Shown in pieces: positions 48,830 through 57,372 of a stretch of DNA of 64,000 nucleotides (within the stretch, counting starts at the first letter, position 1; each line of letters opens with the position of its first letter). Under the pieces are notes generated by a model. The model had not been told where the DNA came from and did no database searches. It was given only the letters and a program-made list of their open reading frames with translations. This stretch comes from Candidatus Saccharicenans sp. GTDB lineage: Bacteria > Acidobacteriota > Aminicenantia > Aminicenantales > Saccharicenantaceae. The position numbers and the translations under genes were made by a program. The stretch covers positions 90,311 to 154,310 of the forward strand of contig JBASPX010000050.1 in NCBI GenBank assembly GCA_049659625.1. The letters are read 5' to 3'.

Positions 48830-49095
48830 CCTTCGTATTCGGACTCGAGTTCTGCCTCACCGCCTATCAGCGGTATGGATTCTGTCAGCAAAAATTCTTC
48901 TTCCGCCCTTTCTTCCTTCTTAAAAGGCAGAATTTCATACTTGATCGCCCCGGATTTGACTTCTTCCTGAGCGACACGAATCGGGTTTCGTGATTTTGAC
49001 TTTATCTTTGGCCTTTCGCCTTTCAAGAGTTGTCTGGCTCTCTGAGCGGCCACTATCACAAAACGAAATTTGCTGTCAAAAGTATTTTTTTCCAA
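48724..49095 (-). CDS. rpoZ: DNA-directed RNA polymerase subunit omega with acidic (Glu-rich) C-terminal tail
   Basis: N-terminal …SKFRFVIVAAQRARQL… omega core motif, followed by a Glu-rich tail. Confidence 0.75.
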   Translation of the reverse strand: MEKNTFDSKFRFVIVAAQRARQLLKGERPKIKSKSRNPIRVAQEEVKSGAIKYEILPFKKEERAEEEFLLTESIPLIGGEAELESEYEGQEPEELEEEFSEEELEEFPEEEEEEEEDFGEEEL

Positions 49096-49164
49096 GGATG
49101 GTAATCTCCTTTTAGAAAATCTGACGAAACTGGTTATAAAAGATAGCAGATTCGGGGGGAAATA

Positions 49165-49700
49165 TCAAGATAGTTTTCTGCCATTTCTCCAGCATCCAAC
49201 AACCTGCAAAATGAGCAACTGAATCTGCGGATTTCGGTCACAGGCAGACACATGGTATCCAGGCAGGGGGCAAAGTTTTTGATGGAGGTCGGTGAGTTTT
49301 TCCAGCTGGATTACGGGAAAGAGCGCCACCTGTTTTGAGATCTTCATCTGTGTCCTCAGCTTCCTTTGAGGTGTCATACCCGGCGTCGAGTGATATCGCC
49401 TGGTATTATACATGAACTGCCATCTCAAAGCTCTGAAGTAAAACTCTTTTAGATCCGCACTGCGTTCTATCTGCGGGAGGTCAAATTCGTTATCATCGCT
49501 CTGAGGCGAACGCTCGACGAAGGCCTGATACTCTTTCTTACCCCCGGGTAGTGTAAGGTTTAACCTCAACACCATCCGCAGCGTCTTCCTGTTCATACCT
49601 GAAGCCCTGCTTTTTCAAGTGCCAGCCTGATAAATCCCTTCGCCTCTTCAACCCCTATCCCGACAGCTGGCTGACCACGACGCCGCCTCCATATACTACA
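49165..49700 (-). mobile_element. Degraded IS3/IS481-type transposase remnant (rve integrase C-terminal fragment plus possible HTH fragment; pseudogene)
   Basis: Minus-strand translation contains …DLKEFYFRALRWQFMYNTRRYHSTPGMTPQRKL…, matching the conserved C-terminal end of DDE/rve transposases (…YN.eRpHs.lg..tP…). Upstream in-frame residues (…GIGVEEAKGFIRLALEKS…) look like an HTH piece. No intact DDE core is present, and the surrounding ~0.7 kb is AT-rich and noncoding. Confidence 0.4.
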
Positions 49701-49877
49701 TACTACCCTTACCCTGGATAATATGTCTGTGCCCGAAAGAATTTTTCAATTGACAGTTCCCTCGCGCCTGTGTTAAAGAGAAAAGCGTTGTAATTTGAAG
49801 TTGAAGTTATTTGATATAAAGATAAAAGATTTTTCAAAAATATTGAGAATACATTTTCACTCAGAGGAGCATGGTAA

Positions 49878-51248
49878 ATGGAACTTCTGCTGAAGAATCT
49901 GGCTCAATGGCTGGATAAAACAGCCACCAACATCTGGACGATTATGGTTCCGATCCTTTTCGGAGTCGGTCTGCTTCTGAGCTTCAGAATCAGTTTTCTC
50001 CAATTCAGAAAACTTGGGACAGCCTTCAGGGTGATGTTCAGCCGCGCTTCCAGAAAAAAGGGAGGCGAAGGAGACGTCTCGCCCTTTGCCGCTGTCTCCA
50101 CCGCTCTTGCTGCCACTGTCGGCAACGGCAACATTGCGGGGGTAGCCACAGCCCTTTACTGGGGAGGTCCGGGCGCTATCTTCTGGATGTGGATATGCGG
50201 CTTTCTGGGTATGGCCACCAAGTTTTCTGAAGCTTTTCTGGGTGTTCTCTACAGAGAAAAACACCCTGACGGCACGATCGCCGGCGGCCCGATGTATTAC
50301 ATCAAAAATGGGTTGAACAGAGCCAGGTTTGCTGTATTTTTAGCCGGATTCTTTGCCGTATGCGGAGCCTTTGCCTCACTCTTCGGCACCGGCAACATGA
50401 TGCAGAGCAACCAGATGTCCCTGGCCTTCAAGACTCAGTTCGGAATTCCACCGGTCATAACGGGAACCGTCATCACTTTTTTCGTCGGCCTGGTGGTAAT
50501 CGGAGGCATAAAGAGGATTGGAGCGGTGGCTGAAAGACTGGTTCCGTCTATGATCTTGCTCTATCTTGGAGCCGGTATAATTGTGCTCATAGACAACATA
50601 GAAGCGCTTCCGCGAGCTTTCCTCCTGATTTTCGAGCATGCTTTCACTCCGGCCGCAGCCACCGGCGGATTCCTGGGAGCCACCATCAAAAACGCCATTC
50701 AATTCGGAGCGAGACGCGGCATCCTCTCAAACGAAGCCGGTCTTGGCAGCGCCCCGATAGCGCATGCGGCCGCTCAGACCCCCAGCCCTCTGCATCAGGG
50801 CTTGATCGGAGTGATGGAAGTTTTTATAGACACCATCCTGGTATGCACTTTTACTGCTCTCATCAATCTTTCTTCCGGTGTCTGGACCAGCGGCCTATCC
50901 GGTTCCGCCATGACCGTCTCAGCGTTTTCCAGAACACTTCCCCATGTGGGAGGACTGATCGTAGCCACCTGTTCTTTCTTTTTCGGCTACACCACGCTAA
51001 TCGGATGGTGTTATTACGGGGAACAATGCCTTAAGTACTTATTTGGAATCAAAATAGCCATGCCCTACAGAATGGTGTTCATAACCCTGACCTTCATCGG
51101 AGCGGTGGTTTCTATCGAAATCGTGTTTTTTATGGGAGATATCGCCAACGCATTTATGGCTTTTCCCAACCTGATCGGGCTGCTGCTGCTGTCCGGGGTT
51201 CTGGCCAGGCGGCTGAAAGAAATCAAAGAAAAGTATCCTGAATTATAA
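49878..51248 (+). CDS. Sodium:alanine (amino acid:cation) symporter, AGCS family
   Basis: 456 aa polytopic membrane protein with the AGCS signature region …FAAVSTALAATVGNGNIAGVATAL…GGPGAIFWMW…. Confidence 0.85.
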   Translation: MELLLKNLAQWLDKTATNIWTIMVPILFGVGLLLSFRISFLQFRKLGTAFRVMFSRASRKKGGEGDVSPFAAVSTALAATVGNGNIAGVATALYWGGPGAIFWMWICGFLGMATKFSEAFLGVLYREKHPDGTIAGGPMYYIKNGLNRARFAVFLAGFFAVCGAFASLFGTGNMMQSNQMSLAFKTQFGIPPVITGTVITFFVGLVVIGGIKRIGAVAERLVPSMILLYLGAGIIVLIDNIEALPRAFLLIFEHAFTPAAATGGFLGATIKNAIQFGARRGILSNEAGLGSAPIAHAAAQTPSPLHQGLIGVMEVFIDTILVCTFTALINLSSGVWTSGLSGSAMTVSAFSRTLPHVGGLIVATCSFFFGYTTLIGWCYYGEQCLKYLFGIKIAMPYRMVFITLTFIGAVVSIEIVFFMGDIANAFMAFPNLIGLLLLSGVLARRLKEIKEKYPEL

Positions 51249-51288
51249 AAAGAGCCGATTAATTTTTGATAAAAATTTCAGGGATAAA

Positions 51289-51663
51289 TCAGGAAGAACG
51301 AACTATATCGTCTTCGGTATCGAAACGACCGTCCTGACCGGCTGACCTGAGCTCAAATTCTGTGTCTGAGAGCTTGCGATATCTGATATTTCGTCCCCAG
51401 CCATCGGTCAGGCTGAGCCCGTAGCTCCGACCTGCCTGGAGCTCATTCAACGACTCCGGCACCCGACCCTCATGATCAGCCATCCATTCCTGAATGGCTC
51501 TGGCCACCTGTTCCAGGTTAACTGAAGTCAGCTCAGCTTTTGTCTGGTTGAAGCGAGAGACCTGTTCTTCCACCGGAGCTTTTTTCTCGGTTCTCATAAA
51601 GTAGACAAAATAAATAACAACCACCGCCAGAATGAGAATAGCCAGAGCGCCCTTTCCTCTCAT
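51289..51663 (-). CDS. GspG C-terminal-domain (T2SS_G-like) protein with a plain N-terminal membrane anchor and no prepilin-peptidase motif
   Basis: C-terminal …LTDGWGRNIRYRKLSDTEFELRSAGQDGRFDTEDDI… matches the conserved GspG/pseudopilin C-terminal motif (D.WG..Y.Y…..y.L.S.G.DG….DDI). The N-terminus (MRGKGALAILILAVVVIYFVYF) lacks the G-F-T-L-I-E processing site. Confidence 0.5.
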   Translation of the reverse strand: MRGKGALAILILAVVVIYFVYFMRTEKKAPVEEQVSRFNQTKAELTSVNLEQVARAIQEWMADHEGRVPESLNELQAGRSYGLSLTDGWGRNIRYRKLSDTEFELRSAGQDGRFDTEDDIVRSS

Positions 51664-51683
51664 TTCCCCCTCCTGGAAGGAAA

Positions 51684-51756
51684 TGACCCGTGAAGGACTC
51701 GAACCTTCAACCCGCGGATTAAGAGTCCGCTGCTCTACCTGTTGAGCTAACGGGCC
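51684..51756 (-). tRNA. tRNA-Lys (anticodon CTT)
   Basis: 73-nt cloverleaf on the minus strand: acceptor GGCCCGT/ACGGGTC, D-arm GCTC-AACAGGTA-GAGC, anticodon arm GCGGA-CTCTTAA-TCCGC (U33, CTT, A37), T-arm GAAGG-TTCGAGT-CCTTC, discriminator A. No encoded CCA. Confidence 0.8.
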
Positions 51757-51977
51757 ATAAAAATTCTTATTAAGTTTAATTTAGAAGCGCCGGGTTGTCA
51801 ACTGACCGGGCCGGTCTTTGCCGGGTCAAAGTTGCCCGCAGAAAACATCTCTACCCAGATTGCCAGGAACGAGAATGTGTATCCTGAAAGCGCCAGAGGA
51901 GAATAAAATTTTTGCTGTAAAATATTTTTTGGCTGAGTATAATTCTTACCTGATAAATTCGAACTGACGGAGGAAAT

Positions 51978-54089
51978 ATGGAAATCCTGAAAAGCGGTAA
52001 GAACCTAAAAAAACTGGTTTTCATCCTGGGCCTGGTGCTGGTTCTTGAGTTAATAATTGCTCCGCCCGGCCTTTTCTCACAGGACAGGTTGAAGACCTAT
52101 CCCAATTATGACCGATACGAGCGAATTTCTAAGGAAATACGAGATGCGGTTAAATCTGGGGCTCTCCGGGTAACATGGAAAGATGACGGGGAAGCTCTCG
52201 AGTTTAACCGGGACGGCAAACACTGGCGCTTTGAACTTAAAACGGGAAAGCTGACGGAAACAGGAAAAGCCACAGAAGAAGCGCCGGCGATGTTCGGACG
52301 CCGGGCAGGCTACCCGGAACGCGGACGGCAGTTCACCACGGCCGAATCGCCTGACAAAAAATACAAAGCGATTTACCGTGACCGCAACCTGTATCTGCAG
52401 GATTTAACCACCAAACAGGAAATAGCCATAACCACTGACGGGTCGGACCAGAACAGGGTAAAATATGGCACCGCCTCCTGGGTGTACGGAGAAGAACTTG
52501 ACCAGATAACCGCCATGTGGTGGTCTCCTGACAGCCGGAAGCTGGCCTTTTACCGTTTTGATGAGAAAAAAGTTCCCGATTATTATCTGCAGCTCGACCA
52601 GACAAAACTTTACAGCCGTATGGATATCGAACCATACCCGAAAGCCGGTGAAGAAAACCCGGTGGTCGACATCCTGGTGTATGACCTGGAGACCAAGAAA
52701 ATAACCACCGTCGATGTGCGCGACGGACAGCCTTTCTCCAATGAAGTGATCGGACATTATGTGTACGGAGTCGACTGGACAAAAGATGGCCGGGAGCTTC
52801 TTTTCTTCAGGGCAAATCGCCGGCAGAACATAACCGAGCTGGTAGCCGCCGACCCTGAAACCGGGAAAACCAGAGTGATCCTGAGAGAAGAATGGCCCTC
52901 TTCCTGGACAGAGAACTCCCCGCGGATAACCTGGCTGAAAGACGGACGGCGGTTCATCATAATTTCCGAGCGAACCGGCTTCAAAAATCTTTACCTCTAT
53001 GACCTGAGCGGAAAATTGCTGGCCACCCTCACCCGGCATCCTTTTGAAGTGATGAGTGTGGTCGGAGTGGATGAAAAAGCCGGCCTGGTCTATTACACCG
53101 CCCGAAGCGGTGATAACCACATGAAGGTTCAGCTCCACCGGGTTACCCTCACCGGAAAAAACGACCGGCGGTTGACTGACCCTGCTTACCATCACACCGT
53201 CGACCTGTCCCCCAATTTCAAATACTTCGTGGATGTAGCCCAGACCCATGATATTCCTCCGGTTACCCGTCTTTACACCACCAGCGGGAAGTTAATAAAA
53301 GAGCTGGCTACCTCCGACCTGAGCAAGTTTGAAGCACTCGGTTTGAAAAAGGTTGAGTTATTCACCTTCAAGGCCGCCGACGGGGTAACCGAGCTTCATG
53401 GATTGCTGCATTTCCCCTCAAACTTTGACCCGAACAAAAAATATCCCCTGCTGGTGAGCGTTTATGCCGGACCGGCCACCAACGGAGCCAGAGAAACCTT
53501 CGTCACCCCCAACCCGATAACCGAGTTCGGCTTTCTCCTTGCCTCCCTCGACTCCCGCAGCGCCGGCGGTAGAGGAAAGCGTTTCCTCGACGCCATATAC
53601 CAGAAATTAGGAGTGGTGGAGATAGACGACCAGGCAGCCGGAGTTAAAGCTCTCTGTGAGAGGTCCTACGTCGACGCCCGCCGGGTTGGCATTTTCGGCA
53701 CTTCTTACGGCGGTTACGCCTCAATCATGGCGCTTCTCAGATATCCGGACGTATTCGCCGCCGCCTGCGCTTCCTCGCCTGTTACCGCCTGGGAACACTA
53801 TGACAGCATATACACTGAACGTTATATGTGGATTCCGCAGGAAAACAAGGAGGGATACAAAAACGGAAGTGCTCTGACCTATGTAAATAATCTCAAGGGC
53901 CGTTTGATGATTTATTACGGAACTGCCGACAACAACGTCCATCCGAACAACGCCATGCAGCTAATCCAGGCACTACAGAAAGCGGGCAAATCTTTTGAAG
54001 TCCAGGTGGGTCCGGATTTAGGTCATACCAGCATACGTCTTGAGCGGATGATGGAGTTTTTTATAGAAAATTTAATCCTGAATAAATAA
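51978..54089 (+). CDS. S9-family serine peptidase, dipeptidyl-peptidase IV-like (N-terminal beta-propeller plus C-terminal alpha/beta hydrolase)
   Basis: Signal peptide and an N-terminal propeller region. C-terminal catalytic Ser motif GTSYGGYAS (GxSxGG), plus downstream Asp and His regions (…YYGTADNNV…, …GPDLGHTS…). Confidence 0.85.
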   Translation: MEILKSGKNLKKLVFILGLVLVLELIIAPPGLFSQDRLKTYPNYDRYERISKEIRDAVKSGALRVTWKDDGEALEFNRDGKHWRFELKTGKLTETGKATEEAPAMFGRRAGYPERGRQFTTAESPDKKYKAIYRDRNLYLQDLTTKQEIAITTDGSDQNRVKYGTASWVYGEELDQITAMWWSPDSRKLAFYRFDEKKVPDYYLQLDQTKLYSRMDIEPYPKAGEENPVVDILVYDLETKKITTVDVRDGQPFSNEVIGHYVYGVDWTKDGRELLFFRANRRQNITELVAADPETGKTRVILREEWPSSWTENSPRITWLKDGRRFIIISERTGFKNLYLYDLSGKLLATLTRHPFEVMSVVGVDEKAGLVYYTARSGDNHMKVQLHRVTLTGKNDRRLTDPAYHHTVDLSPNFKYFVDVAQTHDIPPVTRLYTTSGKLIKELATSDLSKFEALGLKKVELFTFKAADGVTELHGLLHFPSNFDPNKKYPLLVSVYAGPATNGARETFVTPNPITEFGFLLASLDSRSAGGRGKRFLDAIYQKLGVVEIDDQAAGVKALCERSYVDARRVGIFGTSYGGYASIMALLRYPDVFAAACASSPVTAWEHYDSIYTERYMWIPQENKEGYKNGSALTYVNNLKGRLMIYYGTADNNVHPNNAMQLIQALQKAGKSFEVQVGPDLGHTSIRLERMMEFFIENLILNK

Positions 54090-54099
54090 AAAACAAAGT

Positions 54100-54136
54100 C
54101 CCGGGGGTCGGGCGGCTCTGAAGCCCGGCTCCCGGG
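54100..54136 (+). terminator. GC-rich hairpin immediately after the peptidase stop codon (possible terminator, weak U-tract)
   Basis: ~14-bp stem CCCGGGGGTCGGGC / GCCCGGCTCCCGGG (two G-U pairs) with a 9-nt loop. Followed by …CATTTCATCC rather than a clean T-run. Confidence 0.35.
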
Positions 54137-54236
54137 CAGCCATTTCATCCTGAAACAATCACCCCCCGAATCACCCACACTGACTATTGTCAACCATCTA
54201 CCATATCAATAACTTACTGAAAGGAGGCAAAAGATA

Positions 54237-54377
54237 ATGGTCTGCGCTCTCTTGCCGACGGCAGTATTTTTCATTACCGACTGGTCGCCTGCATACTCCG
54301 GAAAGATTGTTTTTTTGCCAGATTGCCATCCGTGCCTGATTTTATTTTTCTTGCATTCTTTTCTGAATCTGGGCTAA
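54237..54377 (+). CDS. Candidate small ORF (46 aa, hydrophobic, Cys-containing) directly upstream of the minor-pilin operon
   Basis: ATG at 54237 is preceded by AAAGGAGG at 8-9 nt spacing. Translation is MVCALLPTAVFFITDWSPAYSGKIVFLPDCHPCLILFFLHSFLNLG, with stop TAA at 54375-54377, 1 nt before the first pilin ORF. Confidence 0.2.
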   Translation: MVCALLPTAVFFITDWSPAYSGKIVFLPDCHPCLILFFLHSFLNLG

Positions 54378-54414
54378 AATGAGCTCAAGGAATGTTTCAT
54401 CAGGGAAAATATTA

Positions 54415-54954
54415 ATGAAAAAAGAAGGGTTTACTCTAATTGAAATCATTGTGGTGGTCGGAATAATAGGAATAATTCTCGCGGGTTCTTACCCGAGCAT
54501 ACTGAACGTGCTCGAGACCAGAGCGCTGGAATCTTCTGCTCGCGAGCTGCTGACCACCCTGGAAGCGGCCAGGTACACGGCGGTAAACGAAAAGGTTTAC
54601 TGCCGGGTAAGGTTCTTCCAGGAAAACAATCAGTGGCACTATTTAGTCGAGGTGGAAGAGGGAGGTCTGTCCGGGACCACTCCGACTTTTTCCTGGAAAC
54701 AGGTCCCGAAATTTGTCAGGAAAACTCTTCCGCCGAAGTTCAACCCGCAGGTTCAGATGCCTGTCAGCAGTACAGGCGGCTATGAGGTGGTGTTTTCTCC
54801 GCTTGGGCTGGTGGCCAATTACACCTTTGACAACCCTCAGAATTTCCGTGTGGTCCTGCAGAGCCAGAAACTCAAGAAACTCGGCCAGGACAACCAGAGA
54901 ATAATTACCATATATGCCGGCGGGTCGGTTGGCTATAGAAAAGCCAGGAGTTAA
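54415..54954 (+). CDS. Type IV pilus minor pilin / pseudopilin, FimT/GspH-like (prepilin-type N-terminal cleavage/methylation domain)
   Basis: MKKEG|FTLIEIIVVVGIIGIIL class III signal (Gly-1, Phe+1, Glu+5). The internal ARYTAV region resembles GspH/FimT. Confidence 0.7.
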   Translation: MKKEGFTLIEIIVVVGIIGIILAGSYPSILNVLETRALESSARELLTTLEAARYTAVNEKVYCRVRFFQENNQWHYLVEVEEGGLSGTTPTFSWKQVPKFVRKTLPPKFNPQVQMPVSSTGGYEVVFSPLGLVANYTFDNPQNFRVVLQSQKLKKLGQDNQRIITIYAGGSVGYRKARS

Positions 54955-55016
54955 CGGGAGAAATGGATATGAAACCATCCCTATTATTAAACTGGAAAAT
55001 AAAATTCGCATCCAGG

Positions 55017-55472
55017 ATGAGTAAGAGAAACAAGTTTCAGTCGGAGGGTTTCACTCTCATTGAAGTAATAATCAGCATGGCTCTGGTCACCGTGGTGTTT
55101 GTCAGCCTGGCCCAGCTCTTTACCCTCAGCGTGATGCAGAATATGCGTTCAAATGAGATGAGCAACGCCATTTTTCTGGCACAGCAGCAGATAGATTACC
55201 TGCGAACCCTGACTTATGATGAATTGAACGCCTTCCCTTCAGTTAACCTTGGCGAAAGCAACGATGAAATAATAGATGTAAACCAGGACGGAACGGATGA
55301 TTTCAGAAGGATAACAGTGATCGCTCCAGCCCAGGTGGGAGGAACGGCCGGATTCAATGTGGTGGTAATGATATTCCCTATCACCGCAAGAAACTTCGAG
55401 CGGGATCAGCTGATAAACAATCCCGATAAATACCGGGTTAAAGCCTTTGTTCATACCATCATAACCAGATAA
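55017..55472 (+). CDS. Type IV pilus minor pilin, PilV/GspI-like
   Basis: MSKRNKFQSEG|FTLIEVIISMALV prepilin leader. Small mature protein (~140 aa). Confidence 0.65.
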   Translation: MSKRNKFQSEGFTLIEVIISMALVTVVFVSLAQLFTLSVMQNMRSNEMSNAIFLAQQQIDYLRTLTYDELNAFPSVNLGESNDEIIDVNQDGTDDFRRITVIAPAQVGGTAGFNVVVMIFPITARNFERDQLINNPDKYRVKAFVHTIITR

Positions 55473-55482
55473 GGAGAAATAA

Positions 55483-56628
55483 ATGAGACTGAAAATAAAA
55501 ATAAAGGGCCAGAAGATAAAAGAGAAATCCGGTCAGAGGTTAGTTCTACGGGCAGGTTTCACCCTGATTGAAGTCCTGGTGGCTTCGGTGATCATGGTAA
55601 TTGTCATAGTTGGAGCCCTGACCCTTTATTCAAAGAGCAATCAGATCTCTGTCGATCAGCAACAGTACGCGGAACTCCAGCATGATGTACGTTCTGCCAT
55701 GTATCTTATTTCCCGCGACCTGAGGATGGCCGGTGCCGGTCTGCCACCTGAATTCGGCATGTTTGCCCTGATGGGCTTCAACAATGAAGATCAGGGTTCT
55801 GAAGTTAGACCCGATCGACTGATCGTTCTGGGTAACATGGACGAGCCGCTCAATCTCAGAATCCAGCAGTATCAGGGAAATTCGGTGACGGTTTCAGTCT
55901 ATGATGGAAGCTTTGAGAGCTTCCCCTACCCCCCTGAATTCTACATCAACAAAATTGTTCTGATATTACCTAATCCACAGTCGCCCTGCAGGGAGGGAGA
56001 AATAAGACAGTTAACCCATATTACCTGGAGCACCGGCGGAACCAATGAGAAATTCAACATGTCTCCTGGACTGGCCAGGGGTATCAATCCTCCCGGCGGA
56101 TTAACAGCCACCTCCAACTGTGACCCGAACGATTTTGATAACGGGTTGATAATGTTTGTGAATGTTAAAGAGTTCTGGCTCGATACCAGCGGGGCTTATG
56201 GATCAACCATTTTCCGCGGTCTGACTGCCGGACAAAATGGTTATGTAGGGGAGCCTGGCATTCTCTACTGCACTAACAACGGGATACATCTGCCGCTGGC
56301 TCAGAATATCGAAAATCTTCAGTTTGAGTATAATGGAGACTTTAATGATGATAATTTGCTTGACGGATTCCAACCCTGGAATCCTGCCTGGAGCTTCGAT
56401 GAGATTTCCAGAATTCGCCAGATAAGAGTCATTATCGTTGGGCGAACTCCAAATCGATTTGTTTCAGTCTCAGGTAAAGTCCCGGCCAACATTCATAATT
56501 ATAGAAGACCAACTGTTTCCGATTCCACAGGCAGCAATACTGACGATTATCACCGGCGTTTTGTGCTTGAAACCACGGTGAACGTCAGAAATTTAAATCT
56601 CAATATTTATAACCAGGGTCAGAGATAA
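55483..56628 (+). CDS. Type IV pilus minor pilin, PilW/GspJ-like
   Basis: …LRAG|FTLIEVLVASVIMV prepilin motif after a long basic leader. The conserved DLRMAG segment is typical of PilW. Confidence 0.65.
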   Translation: MRLKIKIKGQKIKEKSGQRLVLRAGFTLIEVLVASVIMVIVIVGALTLYSKSNQISVDQQQYAELQHDVRSAMYLISRDLRMAGAGLPPEFGMFALMGFNNEDQGSEVRPDRLIVLGNMDEPLNLRIQQYQGNSVTVSVYDGSFESFPYPPEFYINKIVLILPNPQSPCREGEIRQLTHITWSTGGTNEKFNMSPGLARGINPPGGLTATSNCDPNDFDNGLIMFVNVKEFWLDTSGAYGSTIFRGLTAGQNGYVGEPGILYCTNNGIHLPLAQNIENLQFEYNGDFNDDNLLDGFQPWNPAWSFDEISRIRQIRVIIVGRTPNRFVSVSGKVPANIHNYRRPTVSDSTGSNTDDYHRRFVLETTVNVRNLNLNIYNQGQR

Positions 56629-56640
56629 AAACGGAGACCA

Positions 56641-57288
56641 TTGATGAGAATACTGACAAAAATGAAATTAAAATTGGAAGTAAAAAAAGAAAAACAGCCC
56701 GCCGGTTCAGGTTTGATAGCCGTAATTCTGGTTCTGGCTTTTATGCTCACCGTAGGCGTGGCTGTGCTGACGGTAACCGCTTCAGGTCCTAAAGTCTCCT
56801 CGGCCATGCGCTACCAGCAGGAAGCCTTTAACGCGGCAGAAGCAGGCTTCGAAGCAGCCAGAACGGCCATCGAAGATAACCTGGCACGAGGCCTGTGGGG
56901 AAATATTGTTGACCATTACCTAACAGATCCCCCAGGTATAGATATTCCCTTTCGCAATATGAATCTGCAGGATCCCAACCCGAACTATTTCCGCCGACTT
57001 ACTGACGAACAGATTCTCCGACTTATAGATCAGGATGCAGACGGTCTGCCCGACAGACCGGATCAGGTAGTCTTCTTTGAACAACCTTTTGTTTATGACA
57101 GTAAAGGTAGACTTGATGAAAGATATAGATACACAGTTTTTCTCATAGATGATGAGGCAGGAATAGGAACCAGCGACTCGAGCGATTTTCTTATGGTTTG
57201 CATAGGAGTGGTTAGATCCGGACCACGGCTTACCAGCAGCATTCTGGCCACCTGCCGGCTGGAAATAGAGATAGAGGTAAACCAGTAA
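56641..57288 (+). CDS. PilX/GspK-like minor pilin (non-canonical N-terminus without Glu+5)
   Basis: Hydrophobic N-terminal helix (GLIAVILVLAFMLTVGVAVL) followed by …QQEAFNAAEAGFEAAR, matching the PilX N-terminal conserved block (…Q.A..AAEAG…). Confidence 0.6.
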   Translation: MMRILTKMKLKLEVKKEKQPAGSGLIAVILVLAFMLTVGVAVLTVTASGPKVSSAMRYQQEAFNAAEAGFEAARTAIEDNLARGLWGNIVDHYLTDPPGIDIPFRNMNLQDPNPNYFRRLTDEQILRLIDQDADGLPDRPDQVVFFEQPFVYDSKGRLDERYRYTVFLIDDEAGIGTSDSSDFLMVCIGVVRSGPRLTSSILATCRLEIEIEVNQ

Positions 57289-57372
57289 GGACAGAGTGGG
57301 CTTTTTATGTATTAATTTTATAGATGAGTCTAAGGAAAACAAAATGCCGGAGGGCGTGAAAGGAAGCCAAAA

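Noticed and set aside
52404-53249. 281-aa minus-strand ORF inside the S9 peptidase gene
   Set aside because: It lies entirely antisense to a well-supported DPP-IV-like CDS with the GxSxGG catalytic motif, and has no features of its own.
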